From IMG/VR virus record IMGVR_UViG_3300027708_000019: DNA of 64,000 nt, one strand, 5' to 3'. The position numbers and the translations under genes were made by a program. The stretch is from a virus. The notes under the pieces were generated by a model. It did not search any database and was not told the origin of the DNA. It saw only the letters and a program-made list of their open reading frames with translations. Positions 18,421-26,686 of this stretch are shown here, piece after piece. Each line of letters begins with the position of its first letter. Positions within the stretch are counted from its first letter, which is position 1.

Positions 18421-20922
18421 TTAAAAGAATTCTGCCAAGTCATTCTTTTCGTCAACAGACCAGCCAATCGAATTCATAATTGCGGAAAGTGGGTCAAGGA
18501 AAACTTTTTCAAATTGTTTTTCATAATCTACGTATTTATGTAGGTCTAACTGTTTGGGTAATGTTGTAGTAAACGCAATAACATCTTCACGAATAGTATT
18601 TGGTTCACGAAGATAGATAAATTTAATTCTATCGCCTTCACGAATCGGTTGGTATAATTCTGTTAACCCAAGTTCCTTAATGTGATGATTGAACATCAAC
18701 GCACCTCGAACATGAATCGGTGTTGATTTGCGATAAATCGAACCAGAATCAGAATACTCTTTCAAATTGTTTACGCTTCGTGGGAATGCGATATCTTCAA
18801 TCGGTAACCCATAAAACTCTTTTCTAAAATCAACAATAAATTTACGTAATTGAATCTCATCACCAGCAATCAAAATCTTCATTGAATCTTTTAATTTACC
18901 ACGAACTACCATAGGGGTTGACGACTTAACCATCTCAAGACCCATGATTTTCATTTTGGGTTCAGCATATTGAACACCCTCAGAATTGTGTACGTTAAGA
19001 ACATAACGCTTCTTCGCAGTCCACACACCCTTGTCGGCAATAACTTCACGCTTCATAATCATTTTCTGAGAGAATGCGTTTTGTCTTTGAGCCAAGTCAG
19101 AATAACACTTATCTATGTATAATTGAATTTTATCTTCACAAATCTTATCAATATATTCAACAACTTTTGTTTTATCTTTCTGTTGTTCTTTCGTGAATAC
19201 TTTATCAACAAGTGGACCAAATCGTAGATATACAGAGTCAGTGTCAACAGCAATTACATAATCTTCTTTTTCAGTCTTGAGTAATTTGTTGAAGTATTCA
19301 TTAAATTTCTTTTCCATCCAACGAATAGACAACTGACCACTCAACGTGATACCTTCAGACATGCGTTTGTCATAATATCGGAAATATTGATTAGCCAACG
19401 CACCATAAGCTGAGTTCAACGCAATCTTAAGAGCCATCTGAAGATTATTCAATCGAGATATCTCATTTGTTAGAGATTCGTCTTTTGTGTTTTCATATTC
19501 TTGTTGAATCTTCAACATTTGTTTCTTTGCTTTACTGCGATTGATGTACATAGTTTCCATCAACTCAGGCAAGAAACCTTTGATGTCTTTACGGTAACAC
19601 CAACCATTCGCAGTACAAGATAAATCTAAATCATGAAAACCACCAGTTTCTTCATGCTCAAGGAAATACCCAACACCACCAACGTGTTTATAACCTGCGT
19701 CCATTGTTTCAGGACTAATGTTATATTGCATAATCAAATGAGGATATAGACTGTTCAAGTCAAAAGAAACAACCCAGTTATGCATACCAACAAGTGGTTC
19801 TTTAACATAAGCACCTTCAATAACAGAATCTTTATCATTGTGTTGTTTGTTTGGAATCACAATCTTTTTAGAACGCAAATGATTATAGATGATTGTATCC
19901 CACATTCTAACTTGAGAGAACACATCCTCATAGTTTACCTTTGCGTTATACGCCATAACCATAGCCAATTCAATCAACTTCATCTTGTCTTCAAGTTTAT
20001 CAACAAGCACAGTATCATGAATGTTATAATCAACAAACTTCTTCCATCCGTAGGTATAGAAATCTTTGAAAGTATCGTATTCAGAATAATCTAATTTGTT
20101 TTCACCAAGTTCAACAAACGCAATGTGATCCAACTTGTATGATTCTTGCATTGAGTAAGTAAACTTTTTATACAAGTCAATATAATCAAGAGCAGAAATA
20201 CCTGCGATGTCATATGAGATTTCTTCAGATCCCTTAACATGAATCCTACGTTCGTTTATAATACCCCATGGGGATAGTTGCTTAGCATGAGATTCGCCAA
20301 GCACATTCATAATCCTGCGTGTTAGATACGGAATATCAAAGAAGTTGATGTTCCAGCCTGTAACGATGTCGGGATAGTTTTCTTTCCAGAAGTCCAGGAA
20401 ATTCATAAGAAGTGCTCGCTCACTTTCGCAGTGATGAAATCTTACTTCTCTATTTCCTGTGTATGGATTTTTACCAAAGGTATGAATCTCTTTGGTTTTG
20501 TTGTCCATAAGTGTGATGAGAAGGATTTCCTCATTAGCAGTTTCTATGTTAGGAAATCCTTCCTCGGTTGTGGTTTCAATATCAATAGAGAAACATTTGA
20601 TTAGATCTTTATTGAATGTGATGTCAGTAGGATATGTATCTGAGATATACTGGTAAGCAAAGTTTGTGTTACCATATACCATGAATCCTTGAACGTCTTT
20701 ATAACGATCGATAAATTCTTTTGAGTCGCGAATAGATCCTGGACGAATTGAGTAAACAACCTCACCATCAAGTGTACGGAAAATTTCACCAGCATTTTTA
20801 CTCTTAGATGATGCGTAGAGTGTTGGCTTGAAATCTATTTTGTCTGTATATTGTTTTCCGTTTTGATATCCACGTACACAAAGTTTGTTTCCCAGAGGGA
20901 ACACATTTGTATAAAATTCCAT
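18421..20922 (-). CDS. 43: DNA polymerase gp43 (family B)
   Basis: DIETT exonuclease I, SFDLNSLYP, KIALNSAYG, DTDS, KKRY. Confidence 0.98.
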   Translation of the reverse strand: MEFYTNVFPLGNKLCVRGYQNGKQYTDKIDFKPTLYASSKSKNAGEIFRTLDGEVVYSIRPGSIRDSKEFIDRYKDVQGFMVYGNTNFAYQYISDTYPTDITFNKDLIKCFSIDIETTTEEGFPNIETANEEILLITLMDNKTKEIHTFGKNPYTGNREVRFHHCESERALLMNFLDFWKENYPDIVTGWNINFFDIPYLTRRIMNVLGESHAKQLSPWGIINERRIHVKGSEEISYDIAGISALDYIDLYKKFTYSMQESYKLDHIAFVELGENKLDYSEYDTFKDFYTYGWKKFVDYNIHDTVLVDKLEDKMKLIELAMVMAYNAKVNYEDVFSQVRMWDTIIYNHLRSKKIVIPNKQHNDKDSVIEGAYVKEPLVGMHNWVVSFDLNSLYPHLIMQYNISPETMDAGYKHVGGVGYFLEHEETGGFHDLDLSCTANGWCYRKDIKGFLPELMETMYINRSKAKKQMLKIQQEYENTKDESLTNEISRLNNLQMALKIALNSAYGALANQYFRYYDKRMSEGITLSGQLSIRWMEKKFNEYFNKLLKTEKEDYVIAVDTDSVYLRFGPLVDKVFTKEQQKDKTKVVEYIDKICEDKIQLYIDKCYSDLAQRQNAFSQKMIMKREVIADKGVWTAKKRYVLNVHNSEGVQYAEPKMKIMGLEMVKSSTPMVVRGKLKDSMKILIAGDEIQLRKFIVDFRKEFYGLPIEDIAFPRSVNNLKEYSDSGSIYRKSTPIHVRGALMFNHHIKELGLTELYQPIREGDRIKFIYLREPNTIREDVIAFTTTLPKQLDLHKYVDYEKQFEKVFLDPLSAIMNSIGWSVDEKNDLAEFF

Positions 20923-20925
20923 TAA

Positions 20926-21495
20926 TTATTTTCCATGTACTAGTTGCATGATGTCATATGCGCAGTCATGCACAGGATGATGTTTAATTACATTTGATCC
21001 CTTGTCGAAAGGAATTGTTAAATCACAGTAACCATTTTTTGCTGTTGTTGTTAAACAGTCTAATGCTGTTCTTACATCTCGCCATTGATTATATGGTGCG
21101 AGTAACTCTTGACCTGTGACTTTACACAAACTGTCAATCGCCATTTGATCTAGTGAACCACGTGCCCAAAATGTATTTTTACCTGGATTTCCAATGTAAT
21201 CACGAAGTCGATTGATGCCTTCGATCGCTTCTAGGTCGTCTTCCTCACTCGGAATGAAACTTACCTTGCGAACGTAGTCATGTTGATTTGACCACCACTC
21301 AATGGTAGATTTATCAATCGTACGTTTATACTTAGCTACTTGTTCCTGCACATTAAACTTTACAAACAGTGCTTCGGAGATATAGTCATCGTAGGTTTGT
21401 GTTTTATCGTTTGGGTCAAATGCGATAATCGCAGCAGACAATACAACAGTCGTAGACTCTACACCGAGAGTCTCAATATCAAACATATACATCAT
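20926..21495 (-). CDS. dexA: DexA-like DEDDh 3'-5' exonuclease
   Basis: FDIETLG, WARG, RDVRT, HHPVHDC. Confidence 0.85.
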   Translation of the reverse strand: MMYMFDIETLGVESTTVVLSAAIIAFDPNDKTQTYDDYISEALFVKFNVQEQVAKYKRTIDKSTIEWWSNQHDYVRKVSFIPSEEDDLEAIEGINRLRDYIGNPGKNTFWARGSLDQMAIDSLCKVTGQELLAPYNQWRDVRTALDCLTTTAKNGYCDLTIPFDKGSNVIKHHPVHDCAYDIMQLVHGK

Positions 21496-21659
21496 TTTTC
21501 GTTATCCTTATCAATTCGAATTATTCGCACTTCATCATATAGAGTGCCACGTTTCAACATATCTTCCGCTACTTGATCTGCTTCAAGCCAGTTGTCGCAA
21601 TGTTCTGTTGACATTACCAAACCCTGACGATATGCGACTACTTTAAATTGTGGTACCAT
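21492..21659 (-). CDS. Hypothetical protein (55 aa)
   Basis: Manual translation MVPQFKVVAYRQG...; coupled to both neighbours. Confidence 0.5.
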   Translation of the reverse strand: MVPQFKVVAYRQGLVMSTEHCDNWLEADQVAEDMLKRGTLYDEVRIIRIDKDNEK

Positions 21660-21904
21660 TACAAAATCATCCTTTGTAGTTTCAACTTCGCTTCGTGTAC
21701 TGATTTGAACAAATCTCCGTTGATTTTAATGTTGCGATTATGCTTGATTGCGACAGTAACATTACCAGCAGTGAGTGTGGTAGTGTCAGTTGTCTTTGTT
21801 TTTGATACTGTGTTACCAGTAGAGAAGAATAGCGTGTCCATGAGTTCGTCAGAAGCCATTTTACGCAAAAAGTGGTTATTAGCCATACAATACCCCATAA
21901 TCAA
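21659..21904 (-). CDS. Hypothetical protein
   Basis: ORF downstream of the sigma70 promoter at 21918-21946. Confidence 0.55.
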   Translation of the reverse strand: MIMGYCMANNHFLRKMASDELMDTLFFSTGNTVSKTKTTDTTTLTAGNVTVAIKHNRNIKINGDLFKSVHEAKLKLQRMIL

Positions 21905-21917
21905 GAATTATAGTATA

Positions 21918-21946
21918 ATTATACCTCGAAACCTATTAAATGTCAA
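21918..21946 (-). promoter_or_regulatory. Consensus sigma70 promoter
   Basis: TTGACA-17bp-TATAAT. Confidence 0.7.
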
Positions 21947-22116
21947 GGGTTTTTCCGAAAAAGACCAAATTGGAGCGATTTTGGACGATTTTTGTGGTTT
22001 GGGAGGGGTAAAGGTCGGTCCAGACAGAAAAATCGTCCCTGTAGGGTCTAAAATCGGTCTACAGGGACGTTTTTTTGGGTTTTTAGACCCTATGAGGACC
22101 CCTATGAGGACGCTTT

Positions 22117-22329
22117 TTAGACGTTTCCAAGGGTCAAATACTCTAAAAACATAACACTTTCTTGATATGAACCAAATATTCTAGTAAAATAGTCGCCTGT
22201 TACCTCATTATAACCAACAATCATAATCTGCTCATCAAGGTATACAGACGCTTTGATGAACCAATCACCTCTCATCGCAGTTGCGTAAGATATAATACCT
22301 TTACCGATGGTGACTTTTTTTATACTCAT
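22117..22329 (-). CDS. Hypothetical protein
   Basis: Likely start MSIKKV, just downstream of ATAAATA (22335-22341). Confidence 0.55.
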   Translation of the reverse strand: MSIKKVTIGKGIISYATAMRGDWFIKASVYLDEQIMIVGYNEVTGDYFTRIFGSYQESVMFLEYLTLGNV

Positions 22330-22350
22330 GCATTTATTTATCAGATGCAT

Positions 22351-22372
22351 GAAGGGAGCCGAAGCTCCCTTG
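22351..22372 (-). terminator. UUCG-loop hairpin (AAGGGAGC-UUCG-GCUCCCUU)
   Basis: Perfect stem right after the small ORF stop; no clear U-tract on the minus strand. Confidence 0.55.
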
Positions 22373-22375
22373 TTT

Positions 22376-22456
22376 TTATTTCACTGGTTTTGGTTCAGGT
22401 GACTTTTCATTCACCCAATCCCAATCATCATCTGTCATTGGGATCCAGTTGTTCAT
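22376..22456 (-). CDS. 26-aa peptide MNNWIPMTDDDWDWVNEKSPEPKPVK
   Basis: ATGA-coupled to the upstream ORF and followed by a hairpin. Confidence 0.45.
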   Translation of the reverse strand: MNNWIPMTDDDWDWVNEKSPEPKPVK

Positions 22457-22569
22457 CTTCCAATACCTCTTGTTATTGCATCCGCACGTGCTTTGCGTGC
22501 TTCACCAATTGATTCAAGAATTGATTTGAAAAATGTACCAATTAGTTTAAAGAGTTTCAGTGATCGCAT
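22453..22569 (-). CDS. 38-aa amphipathic peptide
   Basis: MRSLKLFKLIGTFFKSILESIGEARKARADAITRGIGR, overlapping the hsp20 3' end. Confidence 0.4.
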   Translation of the reverse strand: MRSLKLFKLIGTFFKSILESIGEARKARADAITRGIGR

Positions 22570-23044
22570 CTTGCTCTTCCTCTGTTAGAAGTTGTTTCTT
22601 AGATGCTTTCGCGTCTTTCACTTCAATCTTTTTTGGCTTTTTGTGTTCAGGAATAACACGCTCTAAGAAAATCTTTAGCATGCCATTGAACATTTCCGCA
22701 TCCTTAATTTCTGTTTGATCATTAAGTGCGAATGTACGAGTAAACGCACGATTAGCAATACCTTTGAAGACATAGTCAGAACCATCTTCTGCAGTAGTAC
22801 CCTTAACAATCAACTTGTCTCCATCAATCTCAATCTCGATGTCTTGCTTAGCAAAGCCAGCAACAGCGATCTCAATGACATACTTGTTCTCGTCTGTCTT
22901 CTTGATGTTGTAAGGTGGGTAGTTTGGGATATTTTTTGTTAGATCATCATGTAGTTTTGCTAGTTGATTGAATTGCTCATCAAAACCAACAAACACTCTA
23001 TCAAAGTCTTGACCGAAAATGGTCGGAATGAATTTATGTACCAT
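22547..23044 (-). CDS. hsp20: Small heat-shock protein Hsp20 (IbpA-like)
   Basis: NYPPYNI, EIAVAGF, GIANRAFTRTF, GMLKIFLERVIPE; AGGAG SD before MVHKF. Confidence 0.95.
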   Translation of the reverse strand: MVHKFIPTIFGQDFDRVFVGFDEQFNQLAKLHDDLTKNIPNYPPYNIKKTDENKYVIEIAVAGFAKQDIEIEIDGDKLIVKGTTAEDGSDYVFKGIANRAFTRTFALNDQTEIKDAEMFNGMLKIFLERVIPEHKKPKKIEVKDAKASKKQLLTEEEQDAITETL

Positions 23045-23306
23045 AAGTTTTCTCCTATTAAGCGAGTTAGAAAAACCCTCAAGCAATCCCCGAAAGCGAT
23101 TGAAGAGAGCCATATTAAATACTGGTTACGATTCCAGCGATATCGTGACGCCATATCCGCTTTATGCGATTCGTTACTTAGCGGTCCTAAGGTGAATCCA
23201 AATTAGTGGGGGTTCTGGGCTGGTTTCCCCCAACCAGTTTATCCTAGAGTATTACGTCGCGATAGGACTAGGTTCCATCTTTGACGTTCCCATCCCTGAG
23301 AATCGT
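23045..23306 (-). ncRNA. Candidate structured RNA (several hairpins and pseudoknots) between pqqA and hsp20
   Basis: Complementary pairs CCUAG/CUAGG, ACGUC/GACGU, CUGGUU/AACCAG with a GGGGG loop matching downstream CCCCC, GAUUC/GAAUC, CUUAG/CUAAG, CCGC/GCGG, GAUAU/AUAUC, CUGG/CCAG. Confidence 0.45.
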
Positions 23307-23378
23307 TTAGCGATTGGCTACGTACATTGTAATTTCAAAGCCAAAACGCATTTCCGTTGCAGTAGGTTTAGTCCACAT
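23307..23378 (-). CDS. pqqA: PQQ precursor peptide PqqA (23 aa, [23 protein letters not shown])
   Basis: W-x-x-P, RFGFE-x-T-M-Y (ExxxY) and terminal NR; canonical length; GGAG SD 8 nt upstream. Confidence 0.9.
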   Translation of the reverse strand: MWTKPTATEMRFGFEITMYVANR

Positions 23379-23465
23379 GTTTTCATCTCCGTATATGTCC
23401 GATTTGGACAATAATACTTATTGCCCGAAGGCAAATAAATGGCTAATGAAAATCATTAAAATCTA

Positions 23466-23744
23466 CTAACTGTTTTTATTTATATTATCAAACTTCATCA
23501 AAGCAAGTTGCCTTGCTAAAAAAAGTCTAAATTTTACATGTGCACTAAGATCTGTATCTGTATCTTCTTGAACAATTTTTGGACGACGATAGGGTGATTG
23601 AATATCTAGTTCATCAAACCAATCGTCATCATCGTCATCAATTTCTAAATTACTTAGAAGTTGCTGTTGCTTTCTTTGTGTCCTTGGTAGGTGTAGCTTG
23701 ACTTTTAGTGGCTGCTTTAGCAGCGTCCTTTTCTTTCTTGGCTT
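23466..23744 (-). CDS. Overlapping open frame without a canonical start (acidic patch, C-terminal RLFLARQLALMKF helix)
   Basis: 93-codon frame shifted +1 relative to 23650-23949; no in-frame ATG/GTG/TTG before the protein-like part. Confidence 0.4.
   Translation of the reverse strand, partial: KPRKKRTLLKQPLKVKLHLPRTQRKQQQLLSNLEIDDDDDDWFDELDIQSPYRRPKIVQEDTDTDLSAHVKFRLFLARQLALMKFDNINKNS
23477..23484 (-). promoter_or_regulatory. T4 late promoter TATAAATA upstream of pqqA
   Basis: Exact T4 gp55 consensus about 100 nt upstream of the pqqA ATG; UUCG hairpin at about 23421-23434 in the leader. Confidence 0.6.
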
Positions 23745-23949
23745 CTACCTTTGCCTTAGCATTTGCAGCTGCTTTCTCTTGAACAGAAGTTGGAGCATGT
23801 TTCGCTTCATCTTTCTTAGCAACTGGTTTCTTTGTCTCAGCTTTTTTGGCTGGGGCAGTAGCTGCTGGTTTTGGTTCAGGTGATTTGGCTGGTTGAGCAA
23901 ATGATACTGTTGCTACTGAAAGTGCTACGATTGCGATAAGATTTTTCAT
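23650..23949 (-). CDS. Signal-peptide-bearing Lys/Ala/Pro-rich protein
   Basis: MKNLIAIVALSVATVSFA signal peptide followed by a low-complexity basic tail. Confidence 0.7.
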   Translation of the reverse strand: MKNLIAIVALSVATVSFAQPAKSPEPKPAATAPAKKAETKKPVAKKDEAKHAPTSVQEKAAANAKAKVEAKKEKDAAKAATKSQATPTKDTKKATATSK

Positions 23950-24134
23950 GATTGCGTTTCCTCATTAGTTGAAGTTTGGATTTCCTGCGCTTCTTGGATC
24001 GCTTTCCATTGTGGTACAGCTTGATTGCGTAACTTCTCAATTAAGCCACTTACTTTGATGTATGGTTGTTCGCCAAGCGCAGATAACACAAGATCAACCT
24101 CATCAACATTAAGATTCAATTTAATAATACTCAT
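23946..24134 (-). CDS. Hypothetical protein
   Basis: ALGEQPY..V..LIEKLR.QA.PQ small phage protein pattern. Confidence 0.65.
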   Translation of the reverse strand: MSIIKLNLNVDEVDLVLSALGEQPYIKVSGLIEKLRNQAVPQWKAIQEAQEIQTSTNEETQS

Positions 24135-24186
24135 AATTTCCTACTCTCCATAGTAATATAACGCTACAGCATTATAATTGGTTGAC

Positions 24187-24609
24187 TTACTTCTTAACTT
24201 TTTTCCCAATATTATACTTGGGTACAAGTTCCCATTCGTCTTTCTCTTTGAAAGACAATACTTTAATTTGTGACAATGATGCTTGTGGTTCAGCTTCTGC
24301 TGGTTTTATAATTTTCAACAGTCCCCAATCTTGAAGCAACACAGCAACTGTGTTCCTACGTTCAATATCATTGTTTGTTAAATTTGATTCTTTTCCATCC
24401 AAAGCAAATAGTTCTTTGAAATGCACCAAGAAATATCTACCCTGTTTGTGTAGAATATGACATGACTGAAACAACTTATGCTCTTTACGTGATGCGATCC
24501 CAATACGTGTCAATGTTTCCTTAATCTTAAGGAAATTGTCTGGTTCTGGGAGTGTCACTTCGAGCATACTGTCTGATGTCCAATCATAATAAACAGTTTC
24601 AACACTCAT
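24187..24609 (-). CDS. regA: RegA translational repressor
   Basis: FLKIKETLTRIGIAS, QSCHILHKQGRY, HFKELF. Confidence 0.97.
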   Translation of the reverse strand: MSVETVYYDWTSDSMLEVTLPEPDNFLKIKETLTRIGIASRKEHKLFQSCHILHKQGRYFLVHFKELFALDGKESNLTNNDIERRNTVAVLLQDWGLLKIIKPAEAEPQASLSQIKVLSFKEKDEWELVPKYNIGKKVKK

Positions 24610-24989
24610 TTTCTTCCACCTTTATCCATTTTTCGTTTTATCAGTTGTAACTGTTCTTCTGTCAAAATGTCGAGAACAGTCATTGCTTTACGCTTACTAT
24701 AATCATAGTATTGCATTACCATTTCCAAGTCATCTGTTTTTGGGACTTTCTCAGCCCATTTACTGAATCGTTTTTTCTTGGTAATTGTATTTAGCAAATA
24801 CGAAAATTGCCAATCTTTCGGAATGGCACGATGGATATTCATCTGATTGGCTTGAAGTACTGTATCTGGAAAGTACGCCAAACCTCTGTTGATGATGAAA
24901 GAGTTATAGTCTTTTTCAGCTTGTGGTTCTTTTATTAGATCCTTGTTTTTGTTGTCGCAGATCGCATTAATAAAATCAAATGGGGTCAT
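24606..24989 (-). CDS. 62: Clamp loader small subunit gp62
   Basis: Synteny 45-44-62-regA; INRGL, KKKRFSKW. Confidence 0.92.
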   Translation of the reverse strand: MTPFDFINAICDNKNKDLIKEPQAEKDYNSFIINRGLAYFPDTVLQANQMNIHRAIPKDWQFSYLLNTITKKKRFSKWAEKVPKTDDLEMVMQYYDYSKRKAMTVLDILTEEQLQLIKRKMDKGGRK

Positions 24990-24996
24990 GATAACC

Positions 24997-25938
24997 TCAC
25001 TTGAATTTACAGTTTGCCATAATCTCTGTCAAAGCAGCAACATTATTAACTTCAATGTCAGCAACGAATGCTGCTTTATACTGATAATCAGCAAGTATCA
25101 ACACAAGCTGAGGAACAGATTGTCCCTCAACAATATCTGCAGCAGTGTCATAAAGTCTTCGGAATAATACCGAAGTTTCAATGTCGTTGTTTCTAGCAAC
25201 CCACTTACGTGCTTCAATAAAGTTTTTCTCCTTGAGATAACCAACCAACTCTTTCATGGTTTCATCGGACATGTTGGCCAAAATGCCAGCATCAACTTTA
25301 CCACTAACACTATATCTTTGAAGTTCGTTAAGAACTCTACGGAAGTCTGGGAAAAATGTTTCTACAACTTTAGCAACAACTTTAGAATCAGATTCTACAC
25401 CTTCAGATGTTAGAACATCATTAACCCTGCGGAAAAATGATGCTGCGATCTTTGGTTTATCTTTGCTTTCAATCTTAAAGTCTACGACTGCACATCGACT
25501 GTGGAGTGGGGCAATGATTCTGTTTTTGAAGTTACATGTAAGGATGAATCGACAGTTGTTTGAAAACTCTTCGATAAAAGCACGCAAGGCTGCTTGTGTG
25601 TCTGGCGTAAGATAGTCGGCTTCGTCAAGGATGACGACTTTTGCACCTTCTGCGGTGATACTAACAGACGAGGCAAATTGTTTGATTTTTGTACGTAAGA
25701 CATCGATTCCTCTTTCTTCAGATCCGTTGATAAACAAATAATCAGCACCCAACTCATTACACAAAGCACGTGCCACTGTAGTTTTACCTACACCAGCACT
25801 GCCTGAGAAAATAAAATTGGGCAACTGTCCCTCAGCAATATATTGCTTAAATGTATCTTTGATTTGTTGCGGTAGGATGCAATCATCAATAACTTGTGGG
25901 CGATACTTCTCGCACCAGAGAAACTCTTCACGACTCAT
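24997..25938 (-). CDS. 44: Clamp loader large subunit gp44
   Basis: WCEKYRP, GVGKTT, LDEAD, SRC, PDFRR. Confidence 0.97.
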   Translation of the reverse strand: MSREEFLWCEKYRPQVIDDCILPQQIKDTFKQYIAEGQLPNFIFSGSAGVGKTTVARALCNELGADYLFINGSEERGIDVLRTKIKQFASSVSITAEGAKVVILDEADYLTPDTQAALRAFIEEFSNNCRFILTCNFKNRIIAPLHSRCAVVDFKIESKDKPKIAASFFRRVNDVLTSEGVESDSKVVAKVVETFFPDFRRVLNELQRYSVSGKVDAGILANMSDETMKELVGYLKEKNFIEARKWVARNNDIETSVLFRRLYDTAADIVEGQSVPQLVLILADYQYKAAFVADIEVNNVAALTEIMANCKFK

Positions 25939-25956
25939 AATATAATATCCTTAAAA

Positions 25957-26616
25957 TTATTCAGATGTTGAATCAGATTCAACTGCTACATAATATGATA
26001 GACTTGTTTTTGCAGATTTAAAACGACAAATTTTCATCTTAGCAATAGAAACATCATATGCTCCTGGAAGCATTTTGAAGTTTTCAATTTTAAGGTTTGC
26101 TGTAAAGTTCTTATCAGTTGTACCAACCTCAACTTCAAATTTATTTGTTAGAGGATTTTTCTTATCCACAACAACAGCATTTACTTTGCCATTTGAACCG
26201 ATGAAAGATACATCAGATACTTTAAGAACACCAGCAGCACGGATCAAGTTTGATAGATCGCCAGCTGAGAGTGAGAAATTGATTTCCGCTTCTGGGAAAT
26301 TGATTGCCTTGGCAGGTGTCTTCAAAGTAGTTTCTTCCGCAGCACGGTAACTAATTTGATTCTTACCTTCTTTGATTGTTACAGTGTTTCCACTGAAAGA
26401 TAGATCTGGGTCATTGAACAATGACAATGTGCCAAGAAATTCATTGATATCATAGATACCAAAATTTTGTGGGAATGTTTCAGGAACAATTACTTCCCCA
26501 AACACAGTTTTGTTTTCAGTCATCGAATAGATGCTGTTACCTTCACGAAGCAACAGGTTTAAATTGATAGAAGCAAAGTTCTTCAATACCTCTTGCGTTT
26601 CTTTACTAATCTTCAT
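25957..26616 (-). CDS. 45: Sliding clamp gp45
   Basis: LKNFASIN, FGIYDINEFL, YYVAVE; synteny. Confidence 0.95.
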   Translation of the reverse strand: MKISKETQEVLKNFASINLNLLLREGNSIYSMTENKTVFGEVIVPETFPQNFGIYDINEFLGTLSLFNDPDLSFSGNTVTIKEGKNQISYRAAEETTLKTPAKAINFPEAEINFSLSAGDLSNLIRAAGVLKVSDVSFIGSNGKVNAVVVDKKNPLTNKFEVEVGTTDKNFTANLKIENFKMLPGAYDVSIAKMKICRFKSAKTSLSYYVAVESDSTSE

Positions 26617-26657
26617 TCACGTCTCCTTTAAAAATGATATATCAATATGTATAAAGT

Positions 26658-26686
26658 ATTATACCTATAAAAGTGTTTTGTGTCAA
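26658..26686 (-). promoter_or_regulatory. Consensus sigma70 promoter for the 45-44-62 operon
   Basis: TTGACA-17bp-TATAAT. Confidence 0.7.

Noticed and set aside
23045-23113. Longer hsp20 start (MALFNRF) from the ORF track
   Set aside because: The strong AGGAG SD precedes the ATG at 23044; the extension overlaps a leader hairpin.
23045-23306. tRNA or tmRNA in the pqqA-hsp20 gap
   Set aside because: No acceptor stem, T-loop or tag reading frame recognised; no tRNA genes were noticed elsewhere in the window by eye.
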